A stretch of 64,000 nt of DNA from Octopus bimaculoides (lineage: Eukaryota), in the NCBI RefSeq assembly GCF_001194135.2, contig NC_069006.1:15662987-15726986 (forward strand), read 5' to 3'. Shown in pieces: positions 36,200 to 48,620 of this stretch. The position numbers and the translations under genes were made by a program. Positions within the stretch are counted from its first letter, which is position 1. Each line of letters begins with the position of its first letter. The notes under the pieces are model-generated. The model saw only the letters and a program-made list of their open reading frames with translations, did no database searches and was not told where the DNA came from.

Positions 36200-37811
36200 T
36201 ATGTGCATTCACCGATAGGGAAGCACAGATACATACACACAGGTATTTATATACACTCTTATAAACGCATCCTCACACAAAATACTACAGAATCATCGAG
36301 GGAGAAGCACACAGTGTGTGTTTGTGTGTGTATATATATATATATATATATTGTGTATATATAAATATATATATAGTGTATGTATATATATATATAAATA
36401 TATATATAGTGTATGTATATATATANNNNNNNNNNNNNNNNNNNNNNNNNNNNNNNNNNNNNNNNNNNNNNNNNNNNNNNNNNNNNNNNNNNNNNNNNNN
36501 NNNNNNNNNNNNNNNNNNNNNNNNNNNNNNNNNNNNNNNNNNNNNNNNNNNNNNNNNNNNNNNNNNNNNNNNNNNNNNNNNNNNNNNNNNNNNNNNNNNN
36601 NNNNNNNNNNNNNNNNNNNNNNNNNNNNNNNNNNNNNNNNNNNNNNNNNNNNNNNNNNNNNNNNNNNNNNNNNNNNNNNNNNNNNNNNNNNNNNNNNNNN
36701 NNNNNNNNNNNNNNNNNNNNNNNNNNNNNNNNNNNNNNNNNNNNNNNNNNNNNNNNNNNNNNNNNNNNNNNNNNNNNNNNNNNNNNNNNNNNNNNNNNNN
36801 NNNNNNNNNNNNNNNNNNNNNNNNNNNNNNNNNNNNNNNNNNNNNNNNNNNNNNNNNNNNNNNNNNNNNNNNNNNNNNNNNNNNNNNNNNNNNNNNNNNN
36901 NNNNNNNNNNNNNNNNNNNNNNNNNNNNNNNNNNNNNNNNNNNNNNNNNNNNNNNNNNNNNNNNNNNNNNNNNNNNNNNNNNNNNNNNNNNNNNNNNNNN
37001 NNNNNNNNNNNNNNNNNNNNNNNNNNNNNNNNNNNNNNNNNNNNNNNNNNNNNNNNNNNNNNNNNNNNNNNNNNNNNNNNNNNNNNNNNNNNNNNNNNNN
37101 NNNNNNNNNNNNNNNNNNNNNNNNNNNNNNNNNNNNNNNNNNNNNNNNNNNNNNNNNNNNNNNNNNNNNNNNNNNNNNNNNNNNNNNNNNNNNNNNNNNN
37201 NNNNNNNNNNNNNNNNNNNNNNNNNNNNNNNNNNNNNNNNNNNNNNNNNNNNNNNNNNNNNNNNNNNNNNNNNNNNNNNNNNNNNNNNNNNNNNNNNNNN
37301 NNNNNNNNNNNNNNNNNNNNNNNNNNNNNNNNNNNNNNNNNNNNNNNNNNNNNNNNNNNNNNNNNTATATGTTGCTAATCTGTTTTTGCAGTGTTAGTTT
37401 TACCGAAATCTTTTCTAATCCCGTTTCTTTTATTGAATTTCTTTACTTCATGCACTACGTCCCCACCACCAAATCCTACTTTCACTTTCACAATCTGTTA
37501 TCACGTGATCCGTCGTTAAAATACCCGACTTAAAACATGAGACGTCCAACATTCCAAGTGGTGTCATCGCCACCGAAATAGTCATAGCAGCATTTTAGTC
37601 TTCCAATGGATATCCTATTTAGAGTTTTATTTATTTTTTCTTTAGTTTCGTTCTCTCACTCCCTATTGTACGTTCTTTCTTTCTTTTTATGTCTGTCTTT
37701 CTTTGTTGCTCTTCTTGTTTCTCAGTCACCCTCTTTTTCTCTTCTTTATAAGTTTATAATCCCTATTTTTATCATAATGATATTGTAAATAAAACAATTT
37801 TTTTGTATATT

Positions 37812-38215
37812 AGGCGCAGGTGCGGTTGTGTGGTAAGAAGTTTGCTTCTCTAGCCCCTTGTGGGTAATAAAGAAATAAGAAGTTTGCTTCTCAATTACAG
37901 GATTTCGAGTTCAGTCCCACTGCATGGCATCTTGGGAAATTGCCTTCTGCTATATGTACATCCAAGGCCTTGAAAGTGGATTTGGTAGACGGAAACTGAA
38001 AGAAGCCCATCGTATATGTATATATCTGGGTGTGCATCTTTGTGCGTGTCTTTCTTCCCCCATCACCGCTTGGCAACCGGTGTTGGTGTATTGACGTCCC
38101 CGTAACATAAGGCTTAAAATATATAAATACTGGGGTCTAATTTGTTCATCTAAAATTCTTTAAGGCGGCACCCCAGCATGACCGCAGTCTGACTAATACA
38201 AATGAAAGATAAATA
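37812..38215 (+). mobile_element. SINE family A, full length, carrying a 25-bp insertion in its head
   Basis: GGCGCAGGTGCGGTTGTGTGGTAAGAAG head, GAGTTCAGTCCCACTGC, GGATTTGGTAGACGGAAACTGAAAGAAGCCC, tail AAGGCGGCACCCCAGCATGACCGCAGTC. Confidence 0.9.
37851..37875 (+). mobile_element. 25-bp terminal fragment of SINE family B (long-tail form) with 17-bp TSD
   Basis: TAGCCCCTTGTGGGTAATAAAGAAA matches the 3' end of the copy at 42016-42248; flanked by TAAGAAGTTTGCTTCTC at 37834-37850 and 37876-37892. Confidence 0.85.
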
Positions 38216-38277
38216 ATAACTACGTCATAATTGTTAACGTTAGTGTCAATCAATATCCACAATATTAGACTAATCTG

Positions 38278-38397
38278 ACAAACACAGACAAAAACATACA
38301 CAAATACATATATATATGTATGACGGGCTTCTTTCAGTTTCCGTCTACCAAATCCATTCACAAGGCTTTGGTCGGCCAGCGCCTATAGAAGACATAT
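38278..38397 (-). mobile_element. SINE family A, central fragment
   Basis: ACGGGCTTCTTTCAGTTTCCGTCTACCAAATCCATTCACAAGGCTTTGGTCGGCC; inverted relative to the adjacent copy. Confidence 0.85.
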
Positions 38398-38399
38398 TA

Positions 38400-38477
<78 letters not shown>

Positions 38478-39092
38478 AAAGGTTGAAGAGGAACACACGA
38501 GTAGATATATATATGGAAAAAAGACAAAATAGAAAATGCTAAAATACTTTTATAAAGAACATTACAGTACCGGTTTCGATCCTTGAGATCTTTTCAACAG
38601 TAAATATGAATAATAATTTATTGAAAAATTAAATTTTGGTAAATTTAAAAGAAAAGTCTTTTTAAAGACATATTTGTATAGTATTCAAATAACAGGGGCA
38701 TTTTTCTTGTTTCTGCCTGTGTTTCACTTGTTAACTCTTGTGGCACTCCTTCTTCGAACCCACAAGAATTAACACGTGAAACAGAGAAGGATGGTCACGG
38801 TTGGATAGTCATTAAGATTCATATATCAACTCAATCACAGCTAACCTGAAGCTAAGCAACACTAAGCAACGACTAATAAAACAGCAGCTAAAACCATAAT
38901 TCGCATTTTAACAGCGAAAATTTTAAAAATCAAAATAAAATTATGAAAATAAATAAAGCATAACAAACATGAAATATTTTTTCAAAATCTGGAATTGAAC
39001 TTCTAACGAAGTTCAACAAATATTAGGTGAACAAACGTCTGATTTCTGGATGTTATTCCTAAATTTCGTGACGAAGTAAACAAACTGAAATC

Positions 39093-39140
39093 TTATGCAA
39101 ATGAAAGCAATTCATTATGCAAATGAAAGCAATCCATTAT
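39093..39140 (+). promoter_or_regulatory. 22-bp tandem duplication containing two octamer (POU) motifs
   Basis: TTATGCAAATGAAAGCAAT(T/C)CA x2; ATGCAAAT at 39095-39102 and 39117-39124. Confidence 0.3.
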
Positions 39141-39980
39141 CTTTGTGGTTAATTAAATTTCGATGGTCATTTTTATTTGTTTGACTTCTGGTATGTTGGA
39201 GAAGATGCGTGGATGTGTAAGGGGTGGGGTCATTCGTTTGGCTCTTCTTTTTAAGGAAGCCCCTATGTAGTCATTAAAATTGTTAGAAATAACACCCAAA
39301 CTCATCCTTAAATCACATCATACTATTTTACTCCAGGTGACGAATTGATAGAATCGTTAAAGTATCACATGAAATTCCTTGTGGTATTACAATACCTTGC
39401 GTTCCAGTTTCCTAGACACTGCATCAAAATGCTTTGCGTCCGGAATGAATGTCTAGCTTTCCACTTGGCCACGTTCTGAGTTTAAATCCCACCATGGTCA
39501 CTATTGTCTTTCATCCTTTCTGGGTTCGATAAATTGAATACAAGTCGAGTAACAGGCCCCATTCTTCTTCTTCTCTCTCTCTCTCTCTCTCTCTCTTTTG
39601 TACATGCTGTTCAAAGCTCCAGACATATTATACACCGTGTCACACTGATTCAGTCAGAGAATTATATTAAGGTTAAACCTGTCTATGGAATATTCAGCCG
39701 CATATACATGGTAATTTCACGCCTACGAACTCAGTTGGTCGAAGAACTAACTGATTATCGTCGACAGTGACGAAGACTCCGATTCCACGATTTTAAAGAA
39801 AAAGACAAAATGAGACTGGATGAGGATCCAACAGTGGAGCTTCCATAGACTCGCTCGGGCTGCTTGAAATATCTAAATCTATCTTAAATTCTAGCTTAGC
39901 GTCTTACCGAAAGGACACGTTGTCGAAATTATTTTACAGTTAGACAAAAATCGAAGGAACTCCTATACAATTGTTCGTCT

Positions 39981-40160
39981 GCGTGAAATAGCAGCCAGAC
40001 CCACTCCCAAATTACACTTTACCGTCTTCATGAAGGACAAATGCTTTGGACAGTTATGTTTTTCTAGATAGGTTGTGAAGGAAAATTACAGAATGATCAT
40101 AACTGGAACGTCTTTGATGTGAGACCTGTTTGATCAGAGCTGGCTTTGGTGGCTAAACAA
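39981..40160 (+). mobile_element. Family D repeat
   Basis: GAAATAGCAGCC...ACCGTCTT...GATCATAACTGGAACGTCTTTGAT...TTTGATCAGAGCTGG...GGCTAAACAA. Confidence 0.55.
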
Positions 40161-40761
40161 TATCATCCACGATTACCAACAACAATCGACTGGAAGATCA
40201 TGGTTGAAACACCTCTGATTATAGGTTTGCTCAATTAAGGCCGACCTCGATGGCTGAACAACCACAACATCAATAACTGCAACCCCATCATTCTTCTGGA
40301 GATCATTTCATTATTGGTTTTTCCTCAGTATTTTGCAGCTGCTGCTGTTCTTGATACGATGTTTTTGTTTCTTCTTAGCCATCATTCTAAATGTTTTTGT
40401 TTTTTTTAATATATATTTTTTGATTTCTTCTGAAGAAATTCATGTACAAAATACTTCCATTTTTACTCCCTTTTTGGTCTCTTCCACGGAGAAATTGGGA
40501 AAAGGATTAGTGACACCAGGGCATGAACCTTACTTTCCTAGCTCTCGCCGGGGATGATTCTTGTAGGAAACGACAGACAGACAGAGTAGAAGAAATAGAC
40601 CCAGTATTTGAAAAACAATGTTGGTATCAGAGGAATTTGAAACCTCGGTGCAGGGAACAGAAGCAATTACAACCAAAGCATTCTATGCGACGCTATCAAA
40701 TCTGTTATATCGCTGCTTTCATATTAGTTTCAAATGCTGACACAAGGCCACATGTTTCGGT

Positions 40762-40922
40762 GAAGTGGGTAAGTCGATTACATTGACCCCAATGCTCAAA
40801 TAGGATTAATTTTATCGAACCTGAAAGGATGTAAAGCAACGTCAACCTCGGTGGAATTCGAACTCTGAACATAAAGACGGACGAAATGCCCTAAGTATTT
40901 AGCCCGACGTGCTAACGATTCT
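40762..40922 (-). mobile_element. SINE family B
   Basis: TTTTATCGAACCTGAAAGGATGTAAAGCAACGTCAACCTCGGTGGAATTCGAACTC...CCCGACGTGCTAACGATTCTG. Confidence 0.85.
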
Positions 40923-41191
40923 GATAATAAACTATTGTCGTTCAATTCATTTAATGTTCATTAAATAGCTTTCTATATATATGTTCTGGAAGCAGCAGTG
41001 ACAAGCGAACAGAGAGTAAATGCACGTGCTAACTTACGGAATAATGAATGAATGATTGATAGAAACTCATCAAAAATTAAATTGTCATTCTACAATCCAT
41101 TTTCAGCACTTTATTCAGTGGGTGTTCAGTGTATTTCGGGGAAAAGGATTTTTATAATAAGTACACACATTCAGACAAATAGACAGAAAAC

Positions 41192-41246
<55 letters not shown>

Positions 41247-41803
41247 GATAGATAGATAGATAGACAAAAATCAACAAGATCGGTAGGTAGATAGATGTAT
41301 AGTTAGACAGACAGATACATTAACACGGCAGGCTTCTACGCAGTTTCCATCTCCCAAATTTTTAAGCCAACCTCTTAATTATCTTCACTACACATATGTA
41401 AAAATAATATATAGATTCAGTTTGCCGCAGACAAAAATAAGTTGTTCCCGTAACCACACAATATACCAACATTTCTAGTCAAATTCATTATATTGTTCTT
41501 CATGTTGTTGACTATGACTTTGTTGTTGATCCGATCGTTGCTGCATTCCTTCCGTGAGTTGATTTTTCTCCCATATGATGGAACTATCTGTTTTGGTCAT
41601 GAACAGATATGGCAGGCGATAAATCATACAATACGGGGGTGTTTCTGACAGGTGTCAATCTTTTTTTGTTCCAATGCAGACTGTTGAGAGAGGCAAGGTT
41701 TAAAAGAATAACCAAACGATTATATTATCTGGTGTAAATTCGTGGGTGCTGATTGTCTTCATTGGGAGTCTCTCTCTTTCTCTCTCTTCTTTCTTATCCT
41801 ATA

Positions 41804-41872
<69 letters not shown>

Positions 41873-42015
41873 AAGTTATCTACACGTACACACTTGTTAT
41901 TTCAGCATATTTTTCAAAGGACATTCAGTGTAATCAATCGTTAACACCTCGTGCTGGAGTCGGGTTTCTTTTCTTTTGTCTGTTTTTGTCTTAGGCCGCT
42001 TTTCATGTGTGTCTG

Positions 42016-42248
42016 TTATTTCTTTACTACCCACAAGGGGCTACACACAGAGGGGACAAACAAAGACAGACAAACGGATTAAGTCGATTATATCGACCCC
42101 AGTGCGTAACTGGTACTTATTTAATCGACCCCGAAAGGATGAAAGGCAAAGTCGACCTCGGCGGAATTTGAACTCAGGACGTAGCGGCAGACGAAATACC
42201 GCTAAGCATTTCGCCCGGCGTGCGAAACGATTCTGCCAGCTCGCCGCC
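42016..42248 (-). mobile_element. SINE family B (long-tail form), full length, with TSD
   Basis: Head as in 16403-16618 but a different 3' tail (...GTTTGTCCCCTCTGTGTGTAGCCCCTTGTGGGTAGTAAAGAAATAA); TSD TTCATGTGTG at 42002-42011 and 42249-42258. Confidence 0.95.
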
Positions 42249-42271
42249 TTCATGTGTGCGTGTGCATAGGT

Positions 42272-42512
42272 ATACGGCTGCGACTATTTGATCACTGATT
42301 GCACCACCCTGAACTGGAAGCATCGAAAAGAGTCTTTTGGAACCCACTTCAAAGTAATGTAAGAAGAGGAGACCATCACACTTGCATCGACAACCCGATT
42401 GTAGAAACTGGCCCGAAATGAACCCAGGACCCCGAGGTAGTGATTTTGGACCGAAAAGTGTGGCGGGTGGACTTTGTTGCAGCGCCCCAGGCTGAAAGAA
42501 GATGACAACAAC
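42272..42512 (+). mobile_element. RTE-clade LINE 3' end (decayed)
   Basis: One frame: IRLRLFDH*LHHPELEASKRVFWNPLQSNVRRGDHHTCIDNPIVETGPK*TQDPEVVILDRKVWR; cf. RTE C-terminus RRLRLAGHC.RHPE..A..L.LW.P..G...RG....T.ID.L...TG........M.DR..WR. Confidence 0.7.
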
Positions 42513-44266
42513 GTATACAAACAGAGATTGTAGTACGAGAGAGAGGGAGAGAGAGAGATAGAGAGAGAGAGGTGGGGAGGGAGATAATATGATGGACTAA
42601 AAATTCTTGCTGAAAACTCCAGCATGACCGAAGTCTTATGATTAAATCCAGTAAAACAACAACAAAAACTGCGCTGCCATAATTTATAAAAATCATTTAG
42701 AAATTCCGAAATTTGGTTTAGCGATTTAAGACGTTCGCCTCATAATGATGCTGCTCCGAGTTCAGTCCGATTCAGTAGCACCTTGACCAAGATTTTCTTC
42801 CTTTCTTTCCTTCAAATCGAACCAAGCTTTGTAAATAAAACTGAGCCGATGTAAATCATTTCAAAGCACCTCCGATGAACTCCGCAGATTAGTATTGGTC
42901 CATTGTCTAGTTTAACATCACCGCCTGGAATTTGGTTTCCTTTACTCTCTTTCTCTCTCTCTCTCTCTTCCTCTCTATCTACCTATCTATCTATCTATCT
43001 ATCTCTCACTCTATATGCGTGTGCAAGTTGCCCTCAAGTCCACACCTCTTATTTCAACATATTTTTCAAAGGACATCTAGTGTAATCGTGAACACCTTGT
43101 GTTCACCTTCAGCGAAGTTCACTTTGTTCGAGTTTTCGAAACAGATGTCACGTTTGGCGATAACAATCTATAAATACATTTCTTGAACCAAGTCTTAAGA
43201 CAATGCTTATTGGCGTTAACATGGCTTCACTGCCTACAAGATATACCAATAGCAGACAACTTTAAAACTTTGAAAAGAAGAATAAATCAAAATAATGATA
43301 ATGCTAAATCGAAGACACACGCACGCACGCACGCACACACACACACACACACACACGAACTAAGTAACAGACGCACAAACACACAAGCACGCAGCGCATG
43401 TATATGTATGCACACACATGCACATTCACAAATGCAGTCATGCACACATCTATAAACACACGCACACATTTATAAACGCACGCACACATGCAGACACATA
43501 CAGACATATATAAAGACACAACACAACACACAAGCATGCACACACACATGCAGGCAAGTATACCCACACACACACACACACAAACAAACAAACAAACCCA
43601 AGCATCCACACACAATAGTTATCAGAGGTGAAGAAATGCAATCAAGCAGAAAAAAAAACGCTTCCAGATGATTCTTCCCTAGATATTCGAACTCGAAGCA
43701 CGCGGCTGAAAGCTAAACAATGAAATTGGATTAAGGCGAGGGTAAAAAAATAAAATCACACCACAAAAGATGAAAAAAAAAGAGCACATTTCAATCGATG
43801 ATTAGAAAAAGATTCGCGGGATTAAAACAACTTGAGGCACAAATAAAATTGTCGTGTTTAAAATGGCCGGTTGTTGTTTAAATTTTTGGACAGCTNNNNN
43901 NNNNNNNNNNNNNNNNNNNNNNNNNNNNNNNNNNNNNNNNNNNNNNNNNNNNNNNNNNNNNNNNNNNNNNNNNNNNNNNNNNNNNNNNNNNNNNNNNNNN
44001 NNNNNNNNNNNNNNNNNNNNNNNNNNNNNNNNNNNNNNNNNNNNNNNNNNNNNNNNNNNNNNNNNNNNNNNNNNNNNNNNNNNNNNNNNNNGTGTGTGTG
44101 TGTATCTTTTACTTGTTTCAGTCATTAGACTGCGACCATGCTGGGGCACCACCTCGAAGAGATGTTAGACGAATTAATCAACCCCAGTACTTTTTCTTTA
44201 AACCTGGTGCTTGCTCTATCGGTGTCTTTTGCCGCCTCGCTAATGCATAAGGAGTAGACAACCACC

Positions 44267-44297
<31 letters not shown>

Positions 44298-45753
44298 GTA
44301 AAATAAGCAATAGAAAGTCTTTGGTGCAGTATTATATATCTGAAGAAATGAATAGCAACAGCTTTATTGATAATTTTTCACTTGTGTTTTTAAATGTTTA
44401 ATTGTTAAAATGAAAAACATTATCGCAAAAGCCATTCCTATTTTTGATAGACAGATAGATATAGACAGACAGACAGACAGATAGATATAGACAGACAGAC
44501 AGACAGACAGATAGAGACATACAGACAGATACGGGCGGACAGACACACAGGTGACTCGGCTCTGCGTAATTCAGAATATCATAGGAGCAAGTATGCGTCT
44601 ACATCTTGAGGTAGACAGATAGATTAAAGAAGATTGAAAGGTTCAAAGATGGTCACACCAATCCATTCCTTTAAAGTTAACTGAACAACGAAAACGTCCT
44701 CCAAGAAGCCATATTTAGATCATTTCTCCTCTTAGTCCATGCCTCTGTAGATATAGATGCATGTAGACGAATACGTGTGCTTACGAATCTGAGTAACATG
44801 GAACTCAGTCAACTTGCTTCTAACTACGTGCATCTACATACGTATATGTATATATGTATATATATATAAATATNNNNNNNNNNNNNNNNNNNNNNNNNNN
44901 NNNNNNNNNNNNNNNNNNNNNNNNNNNNNNNNNNNNNNNNNNNNNNNNNNNNNNNNNNNNNNNNNNNNNNNNNTATATATATATATTCACATGTATGCAT
45001 ACATGGAAATATATATGTATATATAAATGTATATACAAACAAAGAAACATATGCATGCGTACATATTCATATACATGTATACACATACATATGCATACAT
45101 GCGTATACATGTTTATACTTATGTATACAAATGTATACATGTTTCTACATACATATCTATACAAATGTATGCGTACATAAACATGCATATGTATACATGT
45201 CTATGGATATTATTGTGTGTGTGTGTGTGAGCGTGTGTATGTGTGTGTGTGTGTGTATGTGTAGAACCCATCAGAGTTAATCTAACATAACATAACATAA
45301 CACCAAGACTGAGTGAGAGAGGGGGGTGGAACAAGAGAGATGAGGGCGAGAGAGAGAGAATGAAGACAGTGCTATCAACAAAACAGAATCAGATATAAAA
45401 ACGACAACTATTGAATACAAACAATAGAAACAACGATGTTGAAAACAACATCAATACGAACGACTTTGACAACATCATCATCAAATATAACAACAGCAAA
45501 AACAACAATAGCTGCCATAAAAATCTCCAGCGATTGTCAACAAGAAACGTAATGTCAGTTGATTGCTACGTAATGGGGGCCTAGAAATGTGTTTGTACGT
45601 GGAGTGTGCCGAGCGAGATTAATGATTACGACACAACATAAAACTGATATCTTCGTTCTTAGATCGCACGGTTTTATTCACCCCGCTGAATATGAGCTTG
45701 CATATTGATACATCAATCAATCTATCTATCTATCTATCTGTTTATCTATCAAA

Positions 45754-45784
<31 letters not shown>

Positions 45785-45874
45785 TAGATATTTGTGTGCG
45801 TGCGTGTGGTGTGTATTCATCTAAAATATAAACTATGAATTCACACAGAACGGTATGATGTAGTAGTAACAATG

Positions 45875-46245
45875 ATAATGGTTTCAAATATTGACACAGG
45901 GCCAGCAATTTGGGAGGATGGTATTAGTCGATTACATCGATCCCAGTGCTTAACTTGTACTTGTTTTATCGATTCCGAAAGGATGAGAGGCAAAGGTGAC
46001 CTCGGCAGAATGTGAACTCTAAGGTCAAAGACAGACAAAATACCACTAAACATTTTGCTCGCTACCTAATAATAATCCTTTCTACTATAGGCACAAGGCC
46101 TGAAATTTGGGAGACAGGAGACTAGTCGATTACATTTACATTAACCCCAGTGTTTCACTGGTACTTAGTTCACCGACCCGAAAGGGCAGAAGGCAAAGTC
46201 GACCTCAGTGGAATTTGAACTCAGAACATAGCGGCAGACGAAAAA
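45875..46245 (-). mobile_element. Two SINE family B copies head-to-tail
   Basis: Two successive units (~45875-46065 and ~46075-46245), each with a GTCGATTACAT and a GAAAGG...AAGGCAAAG..GACCTC.G..GAAT.TGAACTC segment. Confidence 0.85.
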
Positions 46246-47368
46246 ACGATGCTGTTGCCAATGTTGCTGCTGCGATTATAAAAATGTGACTTCGAAACTG
46301 CCGAACTGCCTTGTCCTAGATACACGCAGGATGTTTTACAATACATTCCGGTGGGTCCATTCCCCTTAAGCTCTCACGACCGTCTGCAGTGAACGACTCT
46401 TTAACGATACATGATAAATTATCATTTTTCTAGCTGGGACAGCTTAAATTTCAGGTGGGGACGCAAGAGCTGCAATTCTTCCCTCCCTTCTAAACAGGGC
46501 GAGACACACTAGTTTGTCCCGCTTAGTATCTAGCGATAAGTTGTATCGCTCCACATGAAACACCGCTTCCACGAAAGAGGCCTTTACAAAGACGCTGCTT
46601 ATATTGTTGCTGCTATTGCTCCTGATTCTATTGCTGTGGTTGCTTCCGTCACCTCTGCCACAACCACCATTGTTGTTGTTACTAAAGTTTAAAACACATA
46701 ACAAAATAAACTGATTCGGTACACACCAATAGGAGTCTATACTCCCTCAGCAAGAAGAAGACGAACAAGAGGAAGAAAAAGAAAAGAAAAGAAGGGGACG
46801 AGAGAAGAAGAAGAAGAAGAGTAATGATGATAGAAAATTAAATTCATAATTTTATTAGGAATAAAAATATATCAATATTCTAGATGACGAAGATTGGTAG
46901 TAAATCTGAAACGTCATATGCGACCACGATGACGATGGCTGCAGAGATAATTATAAATAAATAAATAAATGAATGAATAAATAAATAAATAACTAAATAA
47001 ATAAATAAGTGATTTGTTGATAAGAAACACAATGAGAAGGAAAGAAGTGAAACGAATAATAGCTGAATATAATGATTTTCTATTTATCAAATATGAATTT
47101 TAAGCCCATATAATATAGATATGTAAAATATGCAACGGGGACCAGGAAAGGGGTTATTTAACGGTGGCAGGCAGGTAATAGACTACAGACTCCATTAAAA
47201 AATATGTTTACATTAGATCTCGAGTTATCAAGGGATTTTTTTTTATTTTCAATGGAATGAATGAAATTTATCGAATAGAATGAGAATAAAATGAAAATCT
47301 ATTTTCAAACACAACAATAAAATTGTTAAATTCGTCCACAAGCGTATGGATACACACATGCACATTCA

Positions 47369-47720
47369 TATAGGTGTGGCTGTGTGGTAAGAAGCTTGCT
47401 TCCCAGCCACATGGTTCCGGCTTCGGTCCCACTGTGTGGTACCTTGGGCAAGTATCTTCAACTATAGCCTCGGGCCAACCAAAGCATTGTGAATAGATTT
47501 GGTAGACGGAAGCTGAAAGAAACCCGTCATATATATATATATATATATATATATTTTTGCGTGTCTGTGTTTGTCCCCCCACCATCGCTTGACAACCGAT
47601 GTTGGTGTATTTACGTCCCCGTATTTACGTCCCCGTAACAAAGGTTCGGCAAAAGGGACCGATAGAATAAGTACTAGGCTTACAAAGAATAAGTCCTGGA
47701 GTCAATTTGTTCGACTAAAG
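47369..47720 (+). mobile_element. SINE family A, well preserved, 3' tail missing
   Basis: GGTGTGGCTGTGTGGTAAGAAGCTTGC...GGTACCTTGGGCAAGTATCTTC (CORE-like)...GATAGAATAAGTACTAGGC...; internal 14-bp duplication TATTTACGTCCCCG. Confidence 0.95.
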
Positions 47721-48493
47721 GTTATGTGTAAGAGTGTTCTTGTGCGTGTGTGCGCGTGTGTTTTTTGTGTGCCTGTGTGGGTACGTACGTGTTTGTGTGT
47801 CTGCCGACGGGCATTTTTGTGTGTCTGTGAATGCCATGTGTGTGTGTGCGCGTGCATGTGTGTGTAAACGCATTTGTGTGTGCATATATGTAGGTATCTC
47901 ATGGGCGTATGTGGGTGTCTCTACACGTGTTTCAGTCGTGTATCTATGAACGTGGACCTGCCGTGAGTCGGTGCCTGCGTTTTTAATGTTGTATGTGTAT
48001 TTGTACGACCATGTACACGTCCATGTTTATATATGTGCGCGCGTGTGTGTGTGAGAGAGAGAGACACACACAGACAGACAGACAGACAAACAGAGGGAGA
48101 GAGTATAAATACGTGCATTTGTTTCTGTGTGCATGTACGCATTTGTCTGTTGTTACAAAAGAATAAGTTATAAAGATAACTTTTAAGAGATACGTTGGAT
48201 GAGCGACAAAAGAAATATAAGAAGCCGAGGTAGAACCAGGGAAAGTGTGTATTATTGCAGAATTCAGTGTGTGTAGAGCAAAGTTTATTGATTGAGACTC
48301 TGACAGCGAATAAATCCGGATAATAAGCCAACAGCTACCAAAAACAATTAGTAGATAAGTCACTGGAAGCGAAAAATCTTAAAATACTATCGAACCGAAC
48401 GAATGACAACATGGATGAGAAAATATTTCAGAGAAGATGCCATTCCGTGTGAATCATGGCAAGAATTTTCTGAGAAAACAAAATTGATTGAAT

Positions 48494-48620
48494 CTGATTC
48501 CTTCCTCTTGTCTTCTCCTTCAGACTGAGATAGAATTTGGTTAGTGCTTAGTGCTGCATTTTAGTACTTCAGATGACATGGGTCCGTTTGTTTGAGCTGT
48601 TGCCGGCTGTTTAGGTAAAC
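48494..48620 (+). other. Candidate 3' splice site with short exon
   Basis: Branch-like CTGAT at 48494-48498, long pyrimidine tract, CAG ending 48523; possible donors GTTAGT at 48540 and AG/GTAAAC at 48615. Confidence 0.25.
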
